Made by a program: the position numbers and the translations under genes. Below the pieces are notes generated by a model. The model saw only the letters and a program-made list of their open reading frames with translations, ran no database searches and had not been told where the DNA came from. From Hydrurus foetidus (lineage: Eukaryota): 64,000 bases of DNA. Location: the NCBI GenBank assembly GCA_900617105.1, contig UYFQ01000001.1, positions 2,790,001 through 2,854,000 on the forward strand. Direction: 5' to 3'. Shown one piece after another: positions 41,067 through 50,128 of the stretch (the stretch's first letter is position 1; each line of letters begins with the position of its first letter).

Positions 41067-43189
41067 GTGTGCATCTCCGTGCGTGGAATAACCAATAAAT
41101 CGACTGCTGCTATGCAGTTGCCGTCTACCAACAGGGGGTTGATCTCCAGCTCTTGTATTCCGTCCTGGAGTGCCAACCCCATGCGCATAAAGCGCTGAAT
41201 CAACTCCACCAGCAAGGGCAAGTCCGTTGCCGCCCGACCCCGCGCGCCCGCGAGCAAGGGGAAGGTCTTGAGCGTACGCAGTCGGCGCTCAATGTGCCGC
41301 GCCGTGTCCCCGGGCAGCAGGGTGATGAAATCCTTGAGAATCTCCACATAGACACCACCAAAACCGACCGTGAAGGTAGGGCCAAACTGCGGATCTTGCT
41401 TCATCCCCAAAATTAACTCGCTACCGCCTAGTTGTTGCTGCAGCAGAACCGGGCCCGGAGCGATGTGCTGCAGCCGAGTAAAGGCGGCGCGCAATGTCTC
41501 ATCACTGTTGATTCCCAGAATCACACCGCCCAGGTCCGACTTGTGGGCCACATCGGGGGAGTCAATTTTTGCCACCAGCGGATAGCCGGTGTGCAGTGCA
41601 AATTCAAGCGCCTGACGCACATCGGAGGTACTCAAACTGGCAGGCACCGGCAAGTCGAATGCACGCAGCAAATCAAGGTCCTGCAACGTGGTGGCTGCAC
41701 GACCGGCTTGCGCGAGTCGCTCGCCCCAGTGCGTGGCCAGTTCGATGGGGACAACCTCATCAACGTCAACCTTGCCTGTCAAGCTTACCTTGCTGTGGTG
41801 CAGGCTGTAATGTTTGAGCGCACGCAGAGCGGTTTCGGTCCCCATCAACACGGGCACGCCCCACGAGCGATAGCGCTGGCATTCGGCGGGTGACATGGTG
41901 GTGGCCACGTTACCGAACATCACCACCGGTTTGGTCGTGCCAGCGATAATTTTTTCCAACGCGCGGGTGCAAGTATTGGTGAAATCCTGTCCATCGGGGA
42001 TGTTGGTCGCCATTACCAGTGTGCCAACTGCCGGATCGGCAACCAGTGCGAGCAGCGCATCCGCAATCACATCATTGCCATCGCCCCAGTAATCCAGCGG
42101 ATTGGTCGGCTCAATCCCGGCATCCAGTAGGCCCGCCAGTCGAACGACTGTCTCAGGCGCGAGGGGCGCAAACGGCAGGTCCAGCGGCTCGGACAGGTCG
42201 GCAATGAGCTGGCGCTCTCCGCCCGAGTCACAACCCAGGCCGATCAAGCCATTGTGGGGGCGACGCGGTGCGGCGAACAACTCAGCCGTATCCATGAGTT
42301 CATCCAGTGAGCGCACATTGATCACGCCATGGCGCTCGAAAATCGCGTCGTAAACATCGGCACTGCCCGACATCGCGCCACTGTGCGACTTGGCAAACTC
42401 CTGGCCCTGCGCGCTGCGACCCAATTTAAGCGCAATGATGACAATGCCTTTTTCGCGCGCACGCTCCACTGCGGCGAGAAACTTGTCGGGCTGGCGCACG
42501 GTTTCAAGCACCAGGCAAACGACCCTGGTGGACGCCTGCTGAACCAGAAAATCAATGTAGTCGGCCACGCCAGTGGCCAGTTCCTGGCCTGCCGAGATGG
42601 CGTAATTGAAGCGCAGCTGACGCAGGTTACCGACGATGCCGGACCACGTAGAGCCGCTGTGCGACACCAAAGCCACATGCCCAGGCTGGCGCAGCGTGGA
42701 GAACGGGAAACCAGTCATTTGCAGCCGGTCGTTGAGATTGACGAAACCCATGCAATTGGCGCCACACAGTTGCATGTCGGCCGACGCGGCAATGGACGCC
42801 AGCACCTGTGTGAATTCCCGTCCATCGTAAGCAAGGCCGTGTGCGCGGCCAAACAGAACAGCCGAGCGCGCCCTGGCGGTGGCGGCGAGTGCCAGGTTGT
42901 CCGGCAAGGCCTTGTCTGCGATGGCCATAGCCACGCAATCCACCGCTTCTGGCAGGGCGGCCAGGGTGGGATAGGCCGGCACGCCGTCAATCTCTCCGTA
43001 CTTCGGATTGATTAAATAGACTTTGCCGTCGTACCCGAGTGACTGAATGGAATGAAGCAGTTGTTTACCAAAACTGCCGTCACGTCCGCTTGCACCCACA
43101 ATGGCGATGGAGCGCGGACGCAGCAGCGCATCCAGACGATGTGAATTCACGGATATCATTTTTTGCTCGCTCGATTCAGCGGTTGACAT
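41063..43189 (-). CDS. Acyl-CoA ligase, ADP-forming (acetate-CoA ligase/ACD superfamily), single chain
   Basis: PRSIAIVGAS; GANCMG; phospho-His SHSGAMSG; NPLD; ATP-grasp GYPLVAK..SPDVAHKSDLGGV; ELEINPL; start uncertain. Confidence 0.88.
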   Translation of the reverse strand: MSTAESSEQKMISVNSHRLDALLRPRSIAIVGASGRDGSFGKQLLHSIQSLGYDGKVYLINPKYGEIDGVPAYPTLAALPEAVDCVAMAIADKALPDNLALAATARARSAVLFGRAHGLAYDGREFTQVLASIAASADMQLCGANCMGFVNLNDRLQMTGFPFSTLRQPGHVALVSHSGSTWSGIVGNLRQLRFNYAISAGQELATGVADYIDFLVQQASTRVVCLVLETVRQPDKFLAAVERAREKGIVIIALKLGRSAQGQEFAKSHSGAMSGSADVYDAIFERHGVINVRSLDELMDTAELFAAPRRPHNGLIGLGCDSGGERQLIADLSEPLDLPFAPLAPETVVRLAGLLDAGIEPTNPLDYWGDGNDVIADALLALVADPAVGTLVMATNIPDGQDFTNTCTRALEKIIAGTTKPVVMFGNVATTMSPAECQRYRSWGVPVLMGTETALRALKHYSLHHSKVSLTGKVDVDEVVPIELATHWGERLAQAGRAATTLQDLDLLRAFDLPVPASLSTSDVRQALEFALHTGYPLVAKIDSPDVAHKSDLGGVILGINSDETLRAAFTRLQHIAPGPVLLQQQLGGSELILGMKQDPQFGPTFTVGFGGVYVEILKDFITLLPGDTARHIERRLRTLKTFPLLAGARGRAATDLPLLVELIQRFMRMGLALQDGIQELEINPLLVDGNCIAAVDLLVIPRTEMHT

Positions 43190-44165
43190 CGACGACCACC
43201 CGTCCATGGGCTTTTCCCGCCATCATTTCAGCGGCGATGACCGGCACTTCTGCCAGCGCCACCACGCGTTGCATCTCGAGGTTGGCGGTGGCGGGCAACT
43301 CCTTGGCAAGCCGGGCCCACGCGACACTGCGACGTGGGTTCGGGCACATGACGGAGTCAACGCCAAGCAAACGCACACCTCTCAGGATGAAAGGCATGAC
43401 CGTGGTCTCCAGCCCCACACCTCCGGCCAGGCCGCAGGCTGCGATGGCGCCGCCGTAGTTGATTTCACTCAGGATGCGCGCCAGCGTGGTGCCGCCAACG
43501 ACGTCGACTGCACCATCCCAGCGCTGGGTCGCCAAGGACGCCAGCTTCTCGTTCCACTCAGATCCACCGATCACCGCTGTGGCGCCCAACTTTGTGAGGT
43601 AGTCCCGGGTTTCCGTCGGACGCTGGCTAAGTGCGGTCACCTGGTAGCCCAGGCTGGCCAACAGCGCGACAGCCACGCTGCCCACACCGCCGCTGGCGCC
43701 CGTGACCAAGATATTGCCTGAGGCAACGCCGGCCTCCTGCAACGCCATCACGCACAACATGGCGGTCAGTCCTGCCGTCCCCAGCGTCATGGCGCTCAGG
43801 CTGTCCAGGCCTGGTGCCATCGGCACCAGCCACTCCGGCTTGACGCGCTGCTTCTGGCTGTAGCCGCCCCAAAAACGCTCCCCAACGCTCCAGCCTGTGA
43901 GCACCACTTTATCGCCGGGCTTGTAGCTGTCGCTTGCGGACTCCAACACGGTTCCCGCGAAATCGATGCCGGGCACCATCGGAAACTGGCGTACGATTTT
44001 GCCTTTACCGGTGACTGCCATCGCATCTTTGTAGTTGATGCTGGAGTAATCCACTTGCACCAAGACCTCCCCCGCAGGCAGGTCGCTGTCCTGCAAGCGC
44101 TTGACGGTCGAGAGTGTCTTGCCATCCTGCCGGTCCAGGACTAATGCTTGAAATTCAGTGTTCAT
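43176..44165 (-). CDS. acuI: Acryloyl-CoA reductase AcuI (YhdH-family MDR)
   Basis: YSSINYKD; PGIDFAG; GTAGLTAMLCVMAL; GASGGVGS; ACGLAGG; PFILRGVRLLGVDSV. Confidence 0.8.
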   Translation of the reverse strand: MNTEFQALVLDRQDGKTLSTVKRLQDSDLPAGEVLVQVDYSSINYKDAMAVTGKGKIVRQFPMVPGIDFAGTVLESASDSYKPGDKVVLTGWSVGERFWGGYSQKQRVKPEWLVPMAPGLDSLSAMTLGTAGLTAMLCVMALQEAGVASGNILVTGASGGVGSVAVALLASLGYQVTALSQRPTETRDYLTKLGATAVIGGSEWNEKLASLATQRWDGAVDVVGGTTLARILSEINYGGAIAACGLAGGVGLETTVMPFILRGVRLLGVDSVMCPNPRRSVAWARLAKELPATANLEMQRVVALAEVPVIAAEMMAGKAHGRVVVDVNR

Positions 44166-44210
44166 GATTTGGCTTAGGTTGTGATTGAAAACGGGTTGAT
44201 GAAATAAGGT

Positions 44211-45827
44211 TCAGGTGTTGTCCTGCAGGATCATGTCTGCGCCCTTTTCGGCCACCATGATGGTGGGCGCATTGGTATTGCCCGAGGTGACAAATGGGAA
44301 CACCGAGGCGTCGATCACGCGCAGGCCCTGGATGCCATGCACCCTCAAACGCGCATCAACGACGGAACTTGCCGGGTTCGCTCCCATGGCGCAGGTGCAG
44401 GACGCGTGAAAGACCGAGCCTGCGCGCTGGCGGAAGTCCTGCATCACCTGGTCGGGCGTTTGTATCTGCGGACCTGGCATGTGCTCGCACTCCACCACGT
44501 CGGCCAGCGGGCGTGTCGCTGCAATACGACGCAGTAGTTGCGAGCCTTCAAACACATCGCGCAGGTCCTCCGCTGTTGTCAGGAAGTTGGTCTTGATCAA
44601 CGGCTTGGACAGCGGATTCGGCGATTGGATCTGCACACTGCCACGACTCGTGGGGCGGCAGGTATTGAACGAGATGAGAAAGGCCGGGAAGGGATCCGGG
44701 CTGCGCATGCGCCCCGGTTTGACCGCGTCGGCTGAGTAGCTGATGGGGTTGAAATACAGGTGCAAATTGGGGCGGTCCAGGTCGGCACGGCTACGGACGA
44801 ATGCGCCTGCCTGGTTGACGCTCATGCCCAACGGACCACGCCGGCCCAGCAGGTACTGCAGCCCGGCCTTCAGCTTGCCATGCAGTGGATAGAGGTCATT
44901 GTTAAGGGTACGCACTTTGGACTTGAAGAAATAGGAAACGCAAAGATGGTCCTGCAAGCCCTGCCCGACGCTTGCCATGTGCTGGCGCACCGGAATACCA
45001 AGCCCTTGCAGCAGGGCACCGTCTCCGATACCCGACAACTGCAGGAGCTGTGGGGAGTTGATGGCACCACCTGCCAGCACCACCTCTTTGCGCGCCTTCA
45101 GGATTTGCGTGGTACCGTTGATAAAACACTCCACGCCGATCGCCTTCTGCCCTTCAAAAAGAACATGGGTCACTTGGGCGTGGGTTTGCACGCGAAGGTT
45201 CGATCGTTTCATGGCAGGCCGCAGAAACCCATTGGAGGTGGACTCCCGGATGCCGTCACGAATGTTCATCTGCCAGAGACCGACCCCCTCGGTGTGTTCA
45301 CCATTGAAGTCGTGGGTTTTTTGCCAGCCCAGCGCCGCGCCGGTTTCAATGAAGGTATGGCACAGGGGATGAACCTGTTTGCTGAACTCGCTGACACGCA
45401 TCTCGCCACCCGCGCCGTGGTGCACTGAGGCGCCCCAGACGTGATCCTCGGATTTTTTAAAATAGGGCAACACGTCGTCCCAGCCCCAGCCGGGGTTGCC
45501 GGCGTCTCTCCAGTCATTGAAGTCACCGGCCTGTCCCCGCACATACACCATCGCGTTGATGGAGCTGCTCCCGCCCAGCACCTTGCCACGTGGCCAGTAG
45601 GCGGATCGATTGGCCAAGGCGGGGTCGGGTTCGGTGTCGTACATCCAGTTGTACTTGGGATCGGAAAAGGTCAAACCATAGCCCAGCGGCACCTGGATCA
45701 AGGGGCTGCGATCCGACCCGCCGGCCTCCAGCAACAGAACACTGTTGCGAATGTCCTTGCTCAAGCGGTTGGCCAGCACGCAACCTGCGGAACCGGCGCC
45801 GACGATGATGTAATCAAATTGCGTCAT
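44211..45827 (-). CDS. GMC-family oxidoreductase (choline dehydrogenase/DddA-like)
   Basis: [55 protein letters not shown]. Confidence 0.92.
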   Translation of the reverse strand: MTQFDYIIVGAGSAGCVLANRLSKDIRNSVLLLEAGGSDRSPLIQVPLGYGLTFSDPKYNWMYDTEPDPALANRSAYWPRGKVLGGSSSINAMVYVRGQAGDFNDWRDAGNPGWGWDDVLPYFKKSEDHVWGASVHHGAGGEMRVSEFSKQVHPLCHTFIETGAALGWQKTHDFNGEHTEGVGLWQMNIRDGIRESTSNGFLRPAMKRSNLRVQTHAQVTHVLFEGQKAIGVECFINGTTQILKARKEVVLAGGAINSPQLLQLSGIGDGALLQGLGIPVRQHMASVGQGLQDHLCVSYFFKSKVRTLNNDLYPLHGKLKAGLQYLLGRRGPLGMSVNQAGAFVRSRADLDRPNLHLYFNPISYSADAVKPGRMRSPDPFPAFLISFNTCRPTSRGSVQIQSPNPLSKPLIKTNFLTTAEDLRDVFEGSQLLRRIAATRPLADVVECEHMPGPQIQTPDQVMQDFRQRAGSVFHASCTCAMGANPASSVVDARLRVHGIQGLRVIDASVFPFVTSGNTNAPTIMVAEKGADMILQDNT

Positions 45828-46828
45828 AAGGTCTGATCTTTATCTTGGGGGGTCACGAACGACATACAGAGCGCGCGACGTGGCGTCGCAAAAAGAACGG
45901 TCATGGCACCTATCAGCACCACGCCCGTGGCGACCAGCGTCAGGCCAGAAACCTGCTCACCCAGCAAACAGGCTCCTGCAAGCAACGCAATGGGCGGATT
46001 GACGTAGGCATAACTGCTGGCCATGACTGGTCCGGCTTTGACCATCAGGTAGGTGTAGGAGAGGTAACCCAGCACCGAGACCAGCAGGCTCAAATACAGC
46101 CAGGCGGCCAATGCCTGGGTGCTCAACATGCCCAGCCGCTCCCCCATGAACCACCCGACCAATACAGCGACGCCGCCGCCGGCCACCATCTGCAGCCCGG
46201 TCGTCACAAACAGATCCGTTGGCATCGGCAGATGATCCATCAAGACTGCGGAGACTGCGGTGGCAACCACCGCCGCGAGGATCAGCCACACGCCCTTGCC
46301 CTCCAGCAAACCCGAAGTCCCGTGGTTCATGAGCAGCAGGCCCGCCACGCCAACACAGGTCCCCACCCACTGCGCCCGGCTAATGCGCTGGCCTCTGACG
46401 GCCATCACAACGCAAACCACCACCGGGACCGCGGCGAACGCAACGGCGGCAAACCCAGAAGTCACGTGTTGAAGGCCGATCGCCAGTAACGTGGCACCGA
46501 CGGAGATCATCAGGACACCGACCATCGCCGCATTGGCCCAAAGCCGAGGTGCTCCCCACGGGCGGTTTTGAAGCCGCACCAGGCACACCAGAAAGATCCC
46601 AGCGGCCAGATTGCGCAGCCCAACCAGTAAGAGCGGGGGAAACTCGGCACCCGCTTGCTTGATCGCGAGATAACTTGTTCCCCACAGCACATAGATGGTC
46701 GCCAATGCGACCATGATGCGCGGCTCCCCCATAAGTCGAAGCGCACCCGCGGGGGCGCGAGGCCGGGCATTGGCTGGATCGTCAGTCGCGGGGGAGATTG
46801 GCATTTGGTCTTGTGGTGGGTAAGTCAA
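45824..46828 (-). CDS. EamA/DMT-family transporter (YedA-like)
   Basis: IYVLWGTSYLAIK; SSYAYVNP; about 10 TM helices; stop overlaps the GMC start. Confidence 0.88.
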   Translation of the reverse strand: MTYPPQDQMPISPATDDPANARPRAPAGALRLMGEPRIMVALATIYVLWGTSYLAIKQAGAEFPPLLLVGLRNLAAGIFLVCLVRLQNRPWGAPRLWANAAMVGVLMISVGATLLAIGLQHVTSGFAAVAFAAVPVVVCVVMAVRGQRISRAQWVGTCVGVAGLLLMNHGTSGLLEGKGVWLILAAVVATAVSAVLMDHLPMPTDLFVTTGLQMVAGGGVAVLVGWFMGERLGMLSTQALAAWLYLSLLVSVLGYLSYTYLMVKAGPVMASSYAYVNPPIALLAGACLLGEQVSGLTLVATGVVLIGAMTVLFATPRRALCMSFVTPQDKDQTL

Positions 46829-46961
46829 TGACGAATGCTATTCATATCAATGAATGCTATCAATACGTTCAAATTGAGTAATTGAATGCAGGGTGGTTCT
46901 ATGCTCGCGAAATCATGGATGATTGCAATTCAGATTGATCTTTACCCGGGAGTAACACATC

Positions 46962-48356
46962 GTGTCTTTTGATCAGCTTATTTCGGCGGTCCAGCTGGGC
47001 GACAGCAGCAAGCCCAAGTACCGGGCGATTGCCGAGGAACTGGCACAGTCCATTCTGGGCGGCCAAATGGCGATTGGCGAGAAATTGCCGCCTCAGCGCG
47101 ATTTGGCGCACCGCCTGGGCGTGACGACGGGCACCGTTAGTCGAGCCTACGCCAGTCTCGAACGACAGGGCCTGGCAACGGCGCGGGTCGGTGATGGCAC
47201 TTACGTCCGAGCGTTGGAGCAGACGCAGACAGAGTCGAGCGCGGAAGTGCCTGCGGCTCCGATCGACCTAGCCCATAACGTGGCCATTCCCACTGAAGAC
47301 ATCCAGGCCCTGCAGCGTGCCTTTGAGGAACTTTCGGCAGATCCGCAAGCGTTACGGCAGGTGCTGAGCTATCAACCTGAAACCGGACTGCGGCGCCACC
47401 GCGAAGCCGGGGCGCAGTGGCTGCGCCGTTTTGGCACGACGGGAAACTGGAACCGCGTGATGATCACGCACGGTGCGCAGCACGGGCTTACATGTATTTT
47501 GAGCACCTTGGCACGACCAGGGGACGCTGTCCTGACCGAGACCTTGAGTTACCCTGGACTGCAGGCGTTGGCGCGATTGATGCGGCTGCAACTGATTGGG
47601 GTTGAAATGGACGATGAAGGCATGTTGCCCCAGGCATTGGAGCAAATGGCGAAAACGCTCGGTGCCAAGCTCATGTACTGTTCACCCACTCTCCACAACC
47701 CCACAAGCAGCACCATGTCAATTGCCAGGCGGGCAGACATCGCCGCAGTTGCCCGTCGATGTGGTCTGCTGGTGATTGAAGACTCTGTGCATGCCTCCGC
47801 TCAAGCATCGCCATTGCCGGCATTGTCCACCTGGTTGCCTGAGCAGTCTTTCCTGCTGTCGAGTTTCTCCAAGGTCATGGCCCCCGGATTGCGGGTGGGC
47901 TTTCTGGAGGCTGCACCAGTGTGGCTGGACAAGTTCGCCGCATTCATGCGCGCCGATTGCTGGATGGTGTCGCCACTCTTGCCGGAAATCGCAACGCGCT
48001 GGATTGAGAGCGGGACCATTGAGAAACTCATTGACTTGCAAAGACAGCTCATAGGGGTGCGTTTGGCCTGCGCTCGCGAAATTCTGGAGGGTCTGGATTT
48101 CAAAGCGGATCCAGATTACCCGCTGCTGTGGCTGCCGCTACCCGAGCCATGGCGGGCCGGGCAGTTTTCAGCTGCGCTTCGCCACGCCGGGGTGTTAGTG
48201 CGCACCGCTGACCATTTTGCGGTAGGGCGATCGCCCGCCCCACACGCCATCCGCATCAGCCTGAATGCGCCGCTTTCCATCGACCAACTCGCTGTCGGCT
48301 TGAACCGACTTAAAGCCCTCCTCCATAGTCCACCCTCAGCGCCGATGGACCCCTGA
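46962..48356 (+). CDS. MocR/GabR-family PLP-dependent GntR regulator
   Basis: GEKLPPQRDLAHRLGVTTGTVSRAY; HNPT; SFSKVMAPGLRVG. Confidence 0.93.
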   Translation: MSFDQLISAVQLGDSSKPKYRAIAEELAQSILGGQMAIGEKLPPQRDLAHRLGVTTGTVSRAYASLERQGLATARVGDGTYVRALEQTQTESSAEVPAAPIDLAHNVAIPTEDIQALQRAFEELSADPQALRQVLSYQPETGLRRHREAGAQWLRRFGTTGNWNRVMITHGAQHGLTCILSTLARPGDAVLTETLSYPGLQALARLMRLQLIGVEMDDEGMLPQALEQMAKTLGAKLMYCSPTLHNPTSSTMSIARRADIAAVARRCGLLVIEDSVHASAQASPLPALSTWLPEQSFLLSSFSKVMAPGLRVGFLEAAPVWLDKFAAFMRADCWMVSPLLPEIATRWIESGTIEKLIDLQRQLIGVRLACAREILEGLDFKADPDYPLLWLPLPEPWRAGQFSAALRHAGVLVRTADHFAVGRSPAPHAIRISLNAPLSIDQLAVGLNRLKALLHSPPSAPMDP

Positions 48357-48383
48357 TCGCCTGTACTGCCGCGCGGCGACTCG

Positions 48384-49373
48384 CTAGCGTGCTTGGCGAG
48401 GTATGCGATTCACGTTGTAGTCATTGATCACATCACATGGGGTGTAGTGCCGATTGATCTCGGTCAACTCATCAGGACTCAGAACAATCTCCAGTGCGGT
48501 AATGTTTTGATCGAGTTGCTCGATGGTTTCCACGCCAATCAGGGTCGAGGTGACGCCGGGGCGGCTGTTCACCCAAGCCAGGGCAACTTGGGAGGACAAC
48601 ACGTTGCGTGACTCAGCCACCTTGGCAACCGCCCGGGCGATGTCGAGACTGGTCTGGTCGGCGTACTGCTGGGTTGTAAACTGGTCGGTTGTATTGCGCA
48701 GCGACGCAGCGTTGCCGGTCAATAGTCCGCGTGCCAAGGGCGAGAACGGGGTGACTGCCAGACCTTCATGCTGGCAATACGGAATCATCTCGCGCTCCTC
48801 TTCACGGTAGGCTGCGTTGAGCTGGCACTGCATGGAGATGAAGGATGTCCAGCCGTTGACCTTGGCCAGGTAGTTCATTTTGACGAACTGCCATGCGTAC
48901 ATGGTTGACGCACCGATGTACCGCACCTTGCCGGCGCGCACCACATCGTCCAGCGCCCGCATGGTTTCTTCCATTGGTGTTGAGGGATCAAAGCCATGGA
49001 TCACAAACAGGTCGAGGTAGTCCGTGCCGATTCGACGCAGCGAAGCATCAACTGCGTCCAGGATGTGTTTGCGCGACAAGCCCCGGTCGTTGGCGTCATC
49101 GCTCATCGCGTACAGACACTTGGAGGCGAGCACCAACTTGTGCCGTGGTACATGACGCACGGCGCGACCGACAACCTCCTCAGATACCCCTATGGAATAG
49201 AAGTCCGCCAGGTCGATGAAATTAATGCCGCGATCAACTGCGGCCTGAATTACCGGTTTCGAGGCAGCCTCGTCAAGAACCCATTGACGCCATTGAGGCG
49301 TTCCAAAACCCATGGTGCCCAGGCAAAGACGGGATACTTTGAGCCCTGTGTTTCCGAAATTGACGTATTGCAT
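48384..49373 (-). CDS. Aldo/keto reductase
   Basis: GLKVSRLCLGTM; D.ADFY; SLRRIGTDYLDL; GKVRYIGAS; SPLARG. Confidence 0.92.
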   Translation of the reverse strand: MQYVNFGNTGLKVSRLCLGTMGFGTPQWRQWVLDEAASKPVIQAAVDRGINFIDLADFYSIGVSEEVVGRAVRHVPRHKLVLASKCLYAMSDDANDRGLSRKHILDAVDASLRRIGTDYLDLFVIHGFDPSTPMEETMRALDDVVRAGKVRYIGASTMYAWQFVKMNYLAKVNGWTSFISMQCQLNAAYREEEREMIPYCQHEGLAVTPFSPLARGLLTGNAASLRNTTDQFTTQQYADQTSLDIARAVAKVAESRNVLSSQVALAWVNSRPGVTSTLIGVETIEQLDQNITALEIVLSPDELTEINRHYTPCDVINDYNVNRIPRQAR

Positions 49374-49381
49374 GATGGACC

Positions 49382-49879
49382 TCAGGCTTTGGGCGTGTAA
49401 AACGGATTCTTCACATCGGTGACGGCCTGGCGCACCACGGCGAGCGATGGCTCCTGGCGCATGGCGGCAAGGACCGCACCTTTGGCAGCCGCGTAGTTAT
49501 TGGCGAAAACATCATCCGCGTCGCTGGCGGACCAGTTCACCCAAACGGCCGCAATCACGCACCACTCATTTTCCGACTCTGGTGGCAAGACACCCTCTAG
49601 CAGGCATTCCTGCACCCCTTTCGCCACACCCGCCTGGGCTGGCCCCCAGGTCATGTTCTCGTGCTGCTCGCCGCGAAGATCCGCTTTGTTGATGAAGGCC
49701 GTCATGGGTTTGACCGGCACACCAGGCTGCAGCACCACCATGTAGGGCAGGTGCCCCTTGGTTGGAGACGACAAGGCGCCCGCCCAGGCAGAACCGACCG
49801 GCCCCGTGCGGGGGCCAATCATGACGTTGATATGCGCCGCATTCGCGCCACTGCCGATAAAAGACTCGCCGATAAACAT
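49382..49879 (-). CDS. Formaldehyde-activating enzyme (Fae) family homologue
   Basis: IGESFIGSGANAAHINVMIG; GH; VKP.T.FINK; WGPAQAGVAKGV; NNY.A. Confidence 0.82.
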   Translation of the reverse strand: MFIGESFIGSGANAAHINVMIGPRTGPVGSAWAGALSSPTKGHLPYMVVLQPGVPVKPMTAFINKADLRGEQHENMTWGPAQAGVAKGVQECLLEGVLPPESENEWCVIAAVWVNWSASDADDVFANNYAAAKGAVLAAMRQEPSLAVVRQAVTDVKNPFYTPKA

Positions 49880-49993
49880 GGGTTTTCTCTTTTCTAAAGT
49901 TTGGGTGCAGTTTGAATGACTGCCTTGGTTGAACCGATTGGATTGTGCAAAGCGTCACCCTAGTTCAGCAAACGATTAATCCGCTTGCATGCC

Positions 49994-50008
49994 ATGCGTA
50001 AATCTCAT
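49994..50008. promoter_or_regulatory. Putative LysR-type box in the fae/gabD divergent promoter
   Basis: ATG-CGTAAATCT-CAT matches the T-N11-A dyad of LysR recognition sites. Confidence 0.4.
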
Positions 50009-50128
50009 GCCGTGCGCATAAACCCTATGCGCATTCCATAAACTCATGCAGCGCGCGCAGATATATCGTTTGTCTGGATGCAGATTGGCGCATAGATTCG
50101 ACCATCTTCAACTTGCTGGCAAACTGTC

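Noticed and set aside
44211..45827. Calling the island GMC enzyme betA
   Set aside because: Motifs are general to the GMC family and no betB/betI/betT context is recognisable
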